A stretch of 64,000 bases of DNA from contig NW_018407435.1 of assembly GCF_002113885.1 (NCBI RefSeq), positions 1,382,958-1,446,957 of the forward strand, written 5' to 3'. Position 1 is the first letter of the stretch. Each line of letters opens with the position of its first letter. A model generated the notes under the pieces. It worked only from the letters and a program-made list of their open reading frames with translations. It was not told the origin of the DNA and made no database searches. Made by a program: the position numbers and the translations under genes. Source of the stretch: Mizuhopecten yessoensis. Lineage: Eukaryota. Of this stretch, positions 1 through 14,000 are shown piece by piece.

Positions 1-1145
1 TATTTTTTGGCCCAACTTAAAATTTATCACTAGTTTATCGTATTAAAAATGTACCATGCAGCAAAATGTTCTTTGTCAAAATCAGATTAACTGTTCACTG
101 AACTTTAGTAATTTTCCTTTTTTGTTCAGCAACATTATTTCATATGATAAATAAACAGGAAATAATATTCTTTTTGAAACAAATTCGAAAAAATGTGTGA
201 AGATTAAATTCAGTAACGCTAACTGAACCTAGAACGTAGAGTGTTCAAAACTTCCTCAAACATTCCGAAAAGGCAGAGTGAAAAAGACAGACGGCTCTCT
301 GAAATGATGCTTCAAATCACACCTATCAGGATTTCAAAAATAAATGTCTTCTCGCAAGCTTTCCTTACATTGCGTTTGTGTAGATGTGAGGTTCAAGTGA
401 ATGTCAATTAAAACTTTGGATTAACAATATAAATACGTACAAAATACTAACGTTAAACAATGGAAATAAATCATGTTTACTATATTATCCAATCTGTTTG
501 TTTAACTGATTACTGAGATACAAAAAAAAATCACACATTGACAATTCATTGGAATGTATGTATCAATCAATTTCATCAGAACTTTTAGTAAATATGTGGC
601 ATAAAATTTCTAAAAAAAATAATTTAGCACTGATTTTCATTTGGTTTCGGTTTTTATACTTTGTAATCCTTCAAATCAAAATTTGAAACAGAAATCACTG
701 AACACCGAGTAAATAAAGAAGTTAACTTAAAGAGATTATATATATGTATTAGATAACTATTCAAAAATCACAAATATTTCACACAGACATATTTTTACAA
801 AACTGAACTTATAACCTAACCTGGGAAGGATTGGTGTCCTATTTCAATGTATCCGAATAAAAAATTCTAGACAAAAATAAAATCTTGAAAAATATATGTG
901 ATTTATCAAATATGTTATGGATGGATTCGTACTAGCAAACTATTATGGCTTATATAATAAGAGTGGTCTTGTACCCAGTCAACATTTATCTGTTTTGGGT
1001 ACCTATATCTGACTCCATACAAGCTGGGAATGTAATCAGCTTATACCATGTAAGTCAATCTATTTTATTTTAACTACAAATAAAACAATGGGTTTTTTTG
1101 GTGGCAATGCAGTTAAATAGACTATTAATAAGTATACCATTGGTC

Positions 1146-1459
1146 AGCTACAACCTATTGGAGATACCTAGGACTGGAATGGTCAAATATGCCGTCCCCC
1201 TGGAATGGTCAGACCAATATAATCCCTACAACCTGCTCTTGAGCTCATTCATTTTAGCTACAACCTAGCCTATTGGAGATACCTGGAATGGTCAAACGCC
1301 CTGAATCCCGTGGAATGGTCAGACCAATATAATCCCTACAACCTGCTCTTGAGCCCATTCATTTTAGCTACAACCTAGCCTATTGGAGATACCTGGAATG
1401 GACAAACGTCCTGAATCTCGTGGAATGGTCAGACCAATGTAATCCCTACAACCTGCTCT
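1146..1459. repeat. Tandem repeat with a 110-bp period, about 3 copies, containing TGGAATGGTCA and CTACAACCT sub-repeats
   Basis: AGCTACAACC recurs at 1146, 1256 and 1366. Lies downstream of the clarin stop codon. Confidence 0.85.
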
Positions 1460-2099
1460 GTATTCCTCGAATCAACTTAATCCTTAAAATCTACCTCTGT
1501 ATACCCCTCTAGGTGGTCAAACATAAGCAACCCTCCAGAGGGGTCAGACCATTGCGATGCCATCATCAACACACCATCTTCCATCTTTTACGAATCATGC
1601 GGCAATCTTTTTGAATCTAAACAAAGCTTTCAGTTTATAAATTCTCAAATGAAAAGACATTTAACTATTGTTTTAATTAGCCCTTCAATTAAATAGGTCA
1701 ATTTTTTATAAAATGTCCACTATTCAGTCGAATGCATCGATTGCCAGAATTTCATTTCACTTAGTACAATTCAAGTAATACAAGCAGTGACACAAATATT
1801 TCCGGTTACATATGATACAATGTATAGAACACATACTGACAAAATTTAGTGGGCTTCCTGTGATTACCATTAAAAACCTCAAAAGTTGAAACACTGGAAC
1901 CAAAAAGATTGTTGCATGGTCATAAAGAAAAAAGACATTTCGCGAAAAAAATAATCATAAAATTATTCTAAATTCCATAAACCAACATTATATACTCCAC
2001 ATTTTTTCTTAAGAAGTGGCCCCGATATGTAAAAATGTATTTACTACATATTACAGCATAAACTTGTATACAACACAGTATACCATTTATAGCATTACA

Positions 2100-5000
2100 T
2101 TAGTACAATATAATGCCGTTATCGATGACTTTGTCAGCCTCCCGCGTGAAACCACACTTGAGTTTGGCTCCGGAGAAGATGAGAAATAACAAGTTTATGA
2201 AGTAAAGGCCGGTGGCAGCCACAAGCAAGTAGAAGGAGTAATCGAGGTCGGTGTTGTTCTCTGTGGTATAGTCGGCCAGACGATCCTCTAGTGGTAGCAC
2301 GTTGTACTGGTAGTATCGGAAATACAGGACGAGGTACATCACCATACCCAGGGCAGTAAACAGTACTGGAAAAAGACATTAATATCAAATCTCATCAGGA
2401 TTTATAACACATTAGTCCCAGTCTATTACAATATAAACTATATAATAAACAGCAGCTCAGAAAACTAAACTCTAATGGAGCTTTTGACTTTTGAGGGGTT
2501 ATATACATGTATGTGTCACACAGTTTAGTTTCTCTGACCATGACTTTTACTACAAAAGGGTACTTAAATAACAGAAACTTCCAGTGTACAAAATTTCTAT
2601 CTAACACCCACTTTTCACATGTGTGATGTCACAATGGGACAACAATAATGTGACTTCACCAAATCAGGAAAAATCTGATGTGGAAACTGCAATGCATGTT
2701 TTTCGTGGTTCCTGAGCTAATTCTGGTGATAATTATAATATACTTTTTTTAGAAAGAGAGAAAAATACCCTCAGGATTTCTGAATATTGGCAAAACCCTC
2801 ATCAACAACCCTCAGGTTTTACCTGATTTGAAAACCATAAGTAAGAATTTTGCTTTCCTACACCCCTGGACCTGGAAGTGTCTATTAGTCTAATTACCAA
2901 GTCATAATAAACCAATCTACTTTACAGGGTCAGCACAGAAACTCATGAGTTAAGAGTCTGGACAAGTATTACAGTGATTTCACATATGTCTTTTCAAACC
3001 AAAAGATTTATTTTAATTTTAAATGAAAGGTGAGAATCTTAAAAACTGTTCTTACATGCCAGACCGTTCCAGAGATAAAGGCCCATGGGGCCTGTGATGG
3101 TTTCTATCGGCTTGCCGGCGATGTTGAAGATGGAGAATCCGATTGAGACCAAGCCCCAGGCCATGCCGAGCGCAGACAGTACGATGGTGGCTACCCACAG
3201 ACCATACGGGAACAGGCCGAACTCGTACAGCTCTTTTTTAACTGTAAAACAGAGCACACTTTATAAACTCATAAAGTTTACCTTTTACTGGAAAACAGAT
3301 GAAGTAGGTCAGTAATGGGGGACAGATGTACGGAAACAGGAAAAACTAGGTCGGAGACATTTTATATAGCAACAGTCTATAAGCATCATCATTATACAAT
3401 ATTCCATCAATAAATGTCTTACATTAAATTTGCTTGTGAAGAGACTTTTCTATCTATTTGTATGACACTGAAGTGGTTCTTTACTGTCATATTTAACCTA
3501 TAAATTATACATAATAATACAATACATATATATGCAATGTTTCTATCAGCACCAATACAATACATGTATATGTAATGTTTCTATCAGCAATCTGGTTATG
3601 AAAGGTGTTTATAACACTGCCGGCAACATTTAGGTTCTGTCAGCTACTATACGTGTACATGTTAGTTCAGTCTCACAAAACATTGATCGGCTTGATTTAA
3701 TGAACCATGACTAAATGTTTCAGTTATTTCTTCAATCAATGACGGAGCATAATTTTTATAAGACTGGTTATCATGCATCGATCATTGTCATACATCTACA
3801 ACAAGACAGCCAATAAATAGTTAAAGCTGGTTTCGGATTTCGCAATGAACACAAATTAAATAGTCAGAAAGATTTTCAACAAGTAAAACTTGTTTTCTTG
3901 TAAATTCATAAACACAATCAAAGGTTAGTGAAAATACCCAGAACCTTGATCAAGCTGTACAGGCAGTGTTTTTCTTATACGGATCACACAGAACTAGGCC
4001 AGGCTGGCTGGAGATTTCTATCTTCTACTAATTAGTAATCAGTGAGACTTCTAAATGAATAATTCAAATCAAGAACCCATCGCTGGGTTAAAGTGTGGCA
4101 AATGGAAACCTTAGTTTGGAATTTAATATTTATATTCACCTTTTAAATAACATAGTTATCACTAGTGACCCAAGTGTTGGTATCTATTGACAGCGTCTAG
4201 TTGTTCAAACATATCTGAACTTAAGGATCCCTGTCCCGCTGCACTGCCGTTTTTCCTATGTACAGTGACCTCCCCTTAACTTCCCTTTTTGATATTACTG
4301 TAGCACATTTGGGCTAGTACACCTCCATTGACCGGGTATAGCTCCATTGGTTACAGTGACAGTATATGACTGGGTATAAGCATTTAAACTAAAATTGAAC
4401 TATTCGCTGATGGAATTAGGATCTGTGAACTCGGCTTTCATGTGTCTGAGAGAAAATGATTTAGTCCGAGGTTCCTCCTCTATAAAGTAACTGACAAACT
4501 TCAAAATGTCATGTCACGTATCATTCTAAAGTCAAGTGTTCGAACCCAGGTCCCAATGATTTTATTACACTCAGAACACCCTTGTTGATTACCAAGGTAT
4601 GTTTTGTTTATTTCAAATTTTTATTACAGTATTTCTCATAAAAGTCCCATCAAGTATGGTTTTTCTTTTCAGAATGATTATCAAAGCTACATGCAGTCAC
4701 GCTGGAAAAAACTGTTTCCAATATGTATAACTTAGTTACAGTTTTTGGCAGTGGTACGGGGATCTATATTATCTTATATTAATATTGAGTCATATCATAT
4801 AATAAAACAATATGTATACAGGTATTCAAAATTGCTGAGGACAAAAAAATGAAAACCTTTGTACCTTTTCAGATATTTCTCAAAACTTGCCTTCTAAAAC
4901 ACTTTTTTTCATGAATGTCTACATTTTGTAATTTAGCTTGTCATGATTTGAACATGTTACCAGGCAATGACACACATCAGGCCACCTGCAACTGCATCAT

Positions 5001-8000
5001 GACATTGTGGTGGCTTTTGATCTAAACTTCAAAATGATGATATTATTTTGTATTTCGCTTTGTATCAATTGAAGTAAAACATTTCAAAAGTTAAAATGTC
5101 TGCCTTGTGGCCATTGATATTACAATTTTACAATAAAAAACAAGTGGGAAGTCTCAATAGTAATTTCCACCTGGTCTGGAGTGACATTTTACTCTTTAAC
5201 ATCGAACATTGACAACTTAAATCAAAGCAGGGGAAGAAGTCTTTGTTACTGTAACAGGAGAGGAAAAATGCATGGCCAGGCCAGGGTTCTAATCCGGGAC
5301 TCTCTGAACTCTAGATTGATGATCTGGCCAACTAGCAGCTACATTTTTCTCCCTATCGGTTTTAAAAAAAAAATGCCTAATGCTTATTAATTAATACCCA
5401 AGGAGAGTTTAAATATGAAGTTTGAGAAAAACCATCCAGTTCTTCTCGAAAAAAAGTGATAACAAGAACTGGACACACCACTGACCATGGCCCAAAGGTG
5501 TTTTGAGTGACCATGGTGGTCGAAATACTGGAGGTGGCCTTACAACAACCACCCCCCTCCTCCTGCCCAAATAGGTCGGGACACCAAATCATCATCCATA
5601 ATCTATCTATCTATATATTAAATATCAACTAGGAAGTTCTAGGTATCAGTGTGGAATACCAGTGAGATTAGACTAGTGAGGTTTAGAGTCACCAACTGAT
5701 TATATATATAGCGACATACTGAATGACTTCTACATAAATTAAATTGTATACAGGTACCGTAAAAACCCATATAATTTGCACACCTATGTAATTTGCACAG
5801 GTACTTTTTGAGGCAGAAAATCCCCAAAAAAACTTGTACTTGAATATTTTGCGTACCAAAATAATTCAAGTTCCGAAAATCGAAATTACATGGGGTTTTA
5901 CAATAACAAAAAAATATTTGTCAACATAAAATCAGTGAAAACATTACTGTTGAATATTTCACATAAAATCACATGCAACAAGAGGCCCAGAGGGCCTGTA
6001 TCGCTCACCTGGATATCTAAGCAATCATGGCAAAATATTCTCCAAATGAGATCCAAGGGAATATGCCAGACCTCAAGGCCAATCCTTGTAGCATATCTGT
6101 ATTTGATTTTTTATGCCCAGCAATTTTATGTATGGTTATGGGGTGGGGATCTCAACTGTTTCCAAGCTGTGACTCAGAAACTAGGTCCCTAGGGTTGTGG
6201 CCAGACCCCAGGATAAATTCTAATATCATGACTGCATTTGTCTCTTTTTGCCCAGCATTTGTATATATAGTTTTGGGGTGGGGATCTCAACCGTTTCAAA
6301 GTTATGACCCAGGGGTTATGTCTGCAAGGGTGGGGCAGACCCTTGGGTCAATTCTAATACCATGACTGCATTCGTCTCTTTATGCCCAACAATTGTATAT
6401 ATAGTTTTGGGGTGGGGATCTTAACCGTTTCAAAGTTATGACCCAGGGGTTAAGTCTCCAAGGGTGGGGCCAGACCCTAGGGCCATCCTGGAAGCAAATG
6501 TGCATTCCTCTCTTTATACTCAGCAATTGTATATATGGTTATATGGTGGGGATCTCAACCATTTCCAAGTAATATTTTTTTTCGGCCCTACCCCTTAGCC
6601 CGGGGGGTCAGCCCCACCATTTGTACAATTTTGAATCCCTGCCTCCCATGAATGCTTCCGACCAAATATGATCAATATCCATGGTATAGTTTTACGGAAG
6701 AAGTCGTTTAGAGCAATATAGCCAAATTGCCCCCTTTTGGCCCAGCCCTCAGCCCCCTGGGGGGTCAGCCCCACCATTTGTACAATTTTGAATCCCCACC
6801 ACCTAGGGATGCTTCCAGTCAAATATGGTTCATATTTATCTCTTAGTTCCAGATAGGAGGTCGCTTAAAGCAATATAGCTAAATAACCCTTTTTGGCCCT
6901 GCCCCTCAACCCCATGGGGGTCAGCCCCACCATTTGTACAATTTTGAATCCCTGCCTCCCATGAATGCTTTTGATTAAATATGATTGATATCCAGTGCAT
7001 AGTTCTATAGAAGAAGTCGTTTGTAGCAATATAGTCAAAATGCCCCCTTTTGGCCGGCCCCTCAGCCCCCTGGGGGGTCAGCCCAACCATTTGTACAATT
7101 TTGAATCCACACCACCTAGGGATGCTTCCAATTAAATATGGTTGATATCCATCTCTTAGTTCCAGAGAACATCTCTTAGTTCCAGAGAAGATGTCGCTTA
7201 AAGCAATATAGCCAAATTGCCCCCTTATTGCCCTGTCCCTCAGCCCCCTGGGGGGACAGCCCCATCATTTGTACAATTTTGAATCCCCACCACCTAGGAA
7301 TGCTTCCAGTTTAAAGAAATTGTTGACGGACGGACGACGGACGCCACGGTATGGCATAAGCTCACCTTGGTACTTTGGACCCGGTGAGCTAATAATGCTA
7401 CACTTGAAAAGTTAAGTGTCTAATATATCAAATACCCCCAATTTTTACCACTTCAAATGTTCAACTTCTATAAATTTCTTCCAATGTAGAAGAGAGATGA
7501 CCCATCTATGATGACCAATCTATAATAAATCAATTCTAAACTGTGTAACACTATGAGCTTACCACACGATACCTACAATTAGCTCTCCTAGCAGAATATT
7601 ATTGATTTTCAGATTAAAAATAACGTAGAAAACATATACCAGCCAGTGCTTTGCTTAGTAAATATTACCAAACAGTAAATCTGTGCCACATCCGTGTTGT
7701 GAATTAATCGATTATTTGGACAGATCATGTGTGAGTTGCCTTAGACGTCATGACATACAGTAACATTTTTACATGGTTTGAGAATTCTAAATAAAACCTT
7801 TATAACACCCACAGGTAACCCTCAAATATAAGTAAAACCCTTGGGTGCAGACTACAGTCACAGTCACCTGATCATGATGACACAGGTAACTGTAAATATA
7901 TTTGAAGCCACCACTAATGACTGTTACCCAGGAACACTAACTGTTGTTTTAATATTTGTAACAGATTTGCATTCATACAAGCATGAAACTTCAAAAAATC

Positions 8001-11000
8001 TGTTTAATCCTTATATGGTAACCTGCATGTGGCTAAACACTGACCCTACTAATCAATTTTAATGTGCAGCCTGAAATGCATGCAGGTAGTATACCTGTAA
8101 CATTATGTCTTCATTTACTGTTTCCAGTAGCTAGCCATGCATATAATACAAATAACGATACTCCCCTATCTGAAAAAGAATATTGATAAAATATCCAATA
8201 AAGTCATGCTTCAGATCCAAACGGTCTTACCGGTATTTCAATCAATAATCGTTGGCTGTATAAGGTATATATATACAAAGCCGTAATTTCAATAAACTTA
8301 GGAACCTAAACTGATAACTCTGACAATGAGAATGACATTAAATCTACAGGCTGTAGATAAACGGAAATATCTAATTTCCGACACATTGATATGAAGACGG
8401 ATATTGACCTGAAGAGGAAGCTAGGACTGTCGAGGCGTTGTTGTATTCGTCTACCACCATCTGTAGTTTTGTTTTCTTGTCGACGGCTGTTGTGTTGTAT
8501 AAGAGACAATACCCAGCCGCTCCGTCACACACCACTGTTACAAAACCAATCCAAACAAACAAAATCAGGCATGCAAACAAACAACAACAATACAACATTT
8601 CACAACATCTAATATATATAAAATAATATACAGTGAAACCTGTCTAGTCCGACAATGTGGGATACAACATATAGACCAGATATGGCAGGAATGTTGGAAT
8701 ACACAGGTCTCAATATTGGGTATAGTATTTGTTAGAAATAGGATCACAGCATTATATTGGATTAGACAGGCTGTCAGAATTCTTAGGGGTCAGATGAGAC
8801 AATGTCAGAGTACTCAGGGGTCAGATTTTAAGATTTAAGAATATTCAGGGATCAGATTAGACAGTATGTCAGAATGCTCTGGGGTCAGATGAGGCAAGTT
8901 TCACTGTATACAGAAATAAAAACAGAACAAAAAAAATAAAATCAGGATTCAAAACTTAAACACTACAAAAACTGGTGCAATAATCTGATACAATATACCA
9001 TTGAGCGGGAGCATGCTGGGTGTACGAGGAATTTGCAAACTGAAACTAATGTTATTTTTTTTTAGCTACATTACGTTTGCCTTATCAAAAAGTTAGGGTG
9101 GGCTTGCACAACTTTTTTTAGTTTTATCTATATAGTATCTATATATAAACTCTTATATTTTGCAAAATATGTTTACACATTTTCTATGTATAGAATTTCG
9201 TTTTTCCAGATGTCAACATTTCATGTAATTTTTAAAAACATGTGCAAAGCTAATAACATCATGCCTGTTTCATGTAATGATGTCTGTGTCATGTAATGAT
9301 GTCTGTGTCATGTAATGATGTCTGTTTCATGTAATGATGTCTGTAACATGTAATGATGTCTGTGTCATGTTATGATGTCTGTGTCATGTAATGATGTCTG
9401 TTTCATGTAATGATGTCTGTATCATGTTATGATGTATGTTAATGTAATGATGTCTATTTCATGAAATGATGTCTGTTTCATGCAATGATGTCTGTATCAT
9501 GTAATGATGTATGTTAATGTAATGATGTCTGTTTCATGAAATGATGTCTGTTTCATGTAATGATGTCTGTTTCATGTAATGATGTCTGTTTCATGTAATG
9601 TCTGTATCATGCATTCACACACTAAAAATTATCATTCAACTTTATACACTTCGCAAATTACAATTTTTGTATGCCAGTGACAGCATACATACTGATGCAG
9701 CCCATTACCTGTGGTATGTAGAAATTTACTTTATCTATTAAGTGACCGGTGTATATGTAGAAACACAAAACTCTAACAAACTCCAGGTTAAATTATATAC
9801 TGTGGGGTTCCTATGACAAATGATTCGGTGTGAAATGCTGATGTCACCGTGGTAACCAAAACATTCTGTGTAGACAGGACTACACTTGATGGGCGATGTT
9901 AGGGTATTGGTGTAAATGTGTTCATTATATGACATTTAAAGGCGGTTACAAGATAACATTGATTAACAAAATCGTTACGTCATCTATTTTAATAAATGTA
10001 CCAGGGAGAGTTTTAGACTTTTCAAAAGTGGGCACCAAAAACAGGTGATTGATTGGGTTACACTTATTTTAGGAATATGTGACAAAACTGTAAAAAATAT
10101 TTGGTCCCTTGCAAATTTTTGCTAATTTTGAAGAAAACATAAATTTACAGTCAACACTGACCTTCACTCAATAACTGTTGTTCTTGCTAACTGGAGTTAT
10201 TATCTCATAGACCTTGACAAGTTTCCATGACATCGACAACAATAAATATAGACTGAACTATATATATATATATATATATGCAAATTTTTTCGCAAACGAG
10301 ACACATTGCCATGTGACATCATCAATAGTAGATGTACATACAGTGTATGTGCATGTGGGCGGAGTTTACCAAATGCAAATTTCCAGCCGTTAGTTCTATT
10401 GAACCCATCGATATATATCGTACCTTAATAAGTTTTGAAGATGAAATGAAATATCCTTTTGATCAGAAATATGCATAAAAATGTTATGAACCATTCACAG
10501 AAAAAATAAACGGTAAATGTAAGAAATAGTTTTCCATTTTGGTAAGGTCAGGAGGTGATAATTCGATCCAGTTCAGCATGAGTAAATATATCATAGATGG
10601 CTTTGCCATTTATTCAATTTAAACAAGAGCTCAAATGGAGTTATAATCACCACATATAAGCTATTCCTTAAACAAACAGAAGCATTTATTTGTTATTTTT
10701 TTAAGACATATGTAATAAAATGCTTTATTCCATAATATATCATAACATTGGCAAGAATATTAAAAAGGTAGTTTAATAAGAAAAGAACATGCATGGGGAA
10801 AATAAAACCGATACTCATGCATAAATTGAAACTTCTGTCATGATTAATTTGTTGACACATTATCTAAATAAGTAAACAGAAAATATTACTGGTCACCATC
10901 AACAGGAATTTTATATTTAATTCTGTCGCTTTACAGCTAAGTTTTTCTTAGTGTGTTTAGAATATATTCTGACATTAACTGTTCTTATATAAAATTTACA

Positions 11001-14000
11001 CAAAAAATCTTATAGGATATATATATTATATATAGACACACAAATCTAGGGTAGCTATATATAGATAGCTAGATATATATAGCTACCCTAAAGTTACCGG
11101 AACAAATTAGACTGCAGACATCACTTTATTTTCACAGCCATAAGTCATGAAATGTAGGATGGTCAGTATTTACATGATGAAACATCGCAAGCTACAGAGT
11201 GGGAGTCGGGTAGACACCTTGTCTTGTACACAAACTTTTAAAAAAGTATGTGATAATTTATTAGCCCCTTTCTTTGATTAGCAATCCTGGCCTATACTTT
11301 AATTATTACTTACAAACCCTACATATCTAGGGATCTAAGTTTTAAATCAAACACTTCTCCTATATGCTTAAACAAATTAAAACATATTTCTGTTGTTATT
11401 AGCTGTACAGTATTATCGTAACATTAGCAAAAACGTTGCTGTAGCTACCTGGTCACGTCACAGGTCACATGACAGACGTCAATGACGAACGTTCAAACAT
11501 AATGTTTCCTTAATCATGAAAATGTGGGGTGTTTTAGAATTTAACATTGTAAATATAACCTACCCTTAATTTTGTTTAGGATATAAATGAAGCACAGTTG
11601 CACAAGACATCTTTCACTAACCATGTTTCGGTACAATATGGTCACAGTTAAATGGGTCTACACATACAAGCAACATTTAGACAACAACAACTGTCTTAAT
11701 ACAGCAACAACCTTGTCGCCAGATAAAATCTTCGAAATATTAAAAACAGTAAACAACATCATAAGATGTGTTGTTCATATAATGACTACAATTAAAAAAC
11801 ATTCACCCAAATTTCAGTTTGATTTGTGAAAAATATGGCAAGTTATGAAAAATGCAAATATTACAATTGGATGTGTGCATGTTACATGCAGGTACATGTA
11901 CTATGGTATGCTTCACATTCAATGAAGTGTCTTCAAACCCTACCCCTCCAAACAACAAGAGTAAGCAACATCAGCAGATATTGTATTTGTATTACTGTAT
12001 ATACTGGACCTATACAAATTCCAGTTCAATATCACGTATGTGAAAAAATAACCAAGTTACAATTTATAGTGAATTGATTTTTTAAGGTTGACAAATGTCA
12101 CAGGTATATATGTGTATGTGTACACTGATCAAAATGCATCTGTTAATTTACATCCTTTTAACAGCTATGATCATTTAAGGGCGAGCTGGTTTGCTGGTGG
12201 AGGAAAGCCGGAACACCCAGAAAACAACACCGACCTGTGGTCAGTACCTGCCGACTGCCCCATGTACATAGGCCACAAAACCAGGACCCAGTGGTGGAGG
12301 GCTAGTGATCATAGACGGTCGATGCCTTAACCACTCGTCCACCACAGCCCCGCCATCTTCAGACTGCATTATATTACTCAAAATAATCCTTAAAGTGAGT
12401 GGAACAACGAAGTTAGTTTATTTACCCAGTACACTATATAAAATATATAATGTCACACAAACATATAATGGACCCTTAGTAGAACAACGCCCATGTCTGT
12501 AGGGTCTGATAACATTCTACACACACGATACATTTAAAAAAAGTCTAAGTGTGTTCACCAATGTACATGTGAAGTCCTATGTACACACATGATACAGCAT
12601 AAAGTTTAGTTCAAGCACACGTGCAAGGTGAAAATTGCACCGATCCTAACTCATAACACAGGGGTAAAGGACAATGTCAAAAAAGTGTCGAGGAATGTTT
12701 ACATTCATCTTTTAGGTTTCTGGAGGACGCACCTAGCGGTATACAAAAGCCCTCTTATGATAAAGCAAAGCAAATACCCAAAGGAGATAAATAACTTGAA
12801 TTGTGAACCCAGGTTTCCATAATTAACTGTGTAGCGGACATCCACAACCAGTTAGCTCAATTGGTAAAGCGTCCGTCTAGAGTTCGGAGGGTCACTGGTT
12901 CAAAACCCAACTATTGTTATAAGGGGATACCAAAACTTGGGTTGTAAAAAGTGGTCTCTTTGGGGGCAAAGTCTTAGAAAAAGGAGGGAGGAATGTAACA
13001 GAACTGGACGGGGTTGATCATCTACCGCCACATAGCTAAATTGGTATAGAGCGTCCATCTATGGATGGTCCTGGGTTTGAACCCTGGTCTAGCAGTGCAT
13101 TTTATCTCTCTTGATATAATTGACACTTGTGCTGACTGATTTCGGCCTGCTAGGCAGGTGGATGTCAGAGCACAACTACGTACATTCAATATAGTTACTA
13201 CATTGAATAAGGAAGTAGATATGGAGAAAAGATAAAGCAAAATTCTGATTGGTGCATACATAATAAAGTATGAGATAATAATACATGAGTGATCATTATA
13301 TTAAAGGCTTGAAGTAAATATAAGTATCAATTGGTACATTTCAGGGGTAAGGTGAAAATATTCAAAGTTTTGAGGAAGGAAGAAATTGATAAATCTGGAT
13401 CCATGTTTTACCTGTAGGAGAAGGCTAATAGTAATCCTGAACATTATAGCTAATGTAAGACGGTGATTATATGGTTATGATTCCTATATACACTAAGTCA
13501 CAATATCAGTCAAAATCAATATCTGTGAAAAATTGAAAAGCAGCTGGAAAATACTGAAAGTTCCAAATTGTACAGTTAAGATGAATCCCAAAGATGGGAA
13601 AGGTCCGGGATACCCTTGCATCAGAAAGTCTGTAGGAAGTAATAGTACGAGTCCTGACAATTCAAATGTTTGTATGAGGATTTAGGCTAAAGGATGGCCC
13701 TGCAGAGTATATCTAGTGCTTTAATCAAGAAGGCAAGTAGTACATATGTACGTCCTCCATGCTGTAGATTGATGAATAGGATAAGTTTATTCATGTTTGG
13801 CAATAGTAGTTTTCAATAACAGTGATAGTGGTTATACCACTAGAAAGTAGATGTATAAGTAGTTTCATACTACTGTAGTGAGATTCTATACATGTATGTA
13901 GCTGAACTGGCCATGGGCTGGGCCATTTTCCAGCCACCAGTATAAAGCTCAATCGGTAGAGCGTCTGTCTAGAGTTTGGAGGGTCCCGGGTTTTAACCTG

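Noticed and set aside
6027-7090. Short ORFs in the HINE element (also 24734-25270)
   Set aside because: They are repeat-derived, show no recognisable domain, and are not conserved in frame between the two copies.
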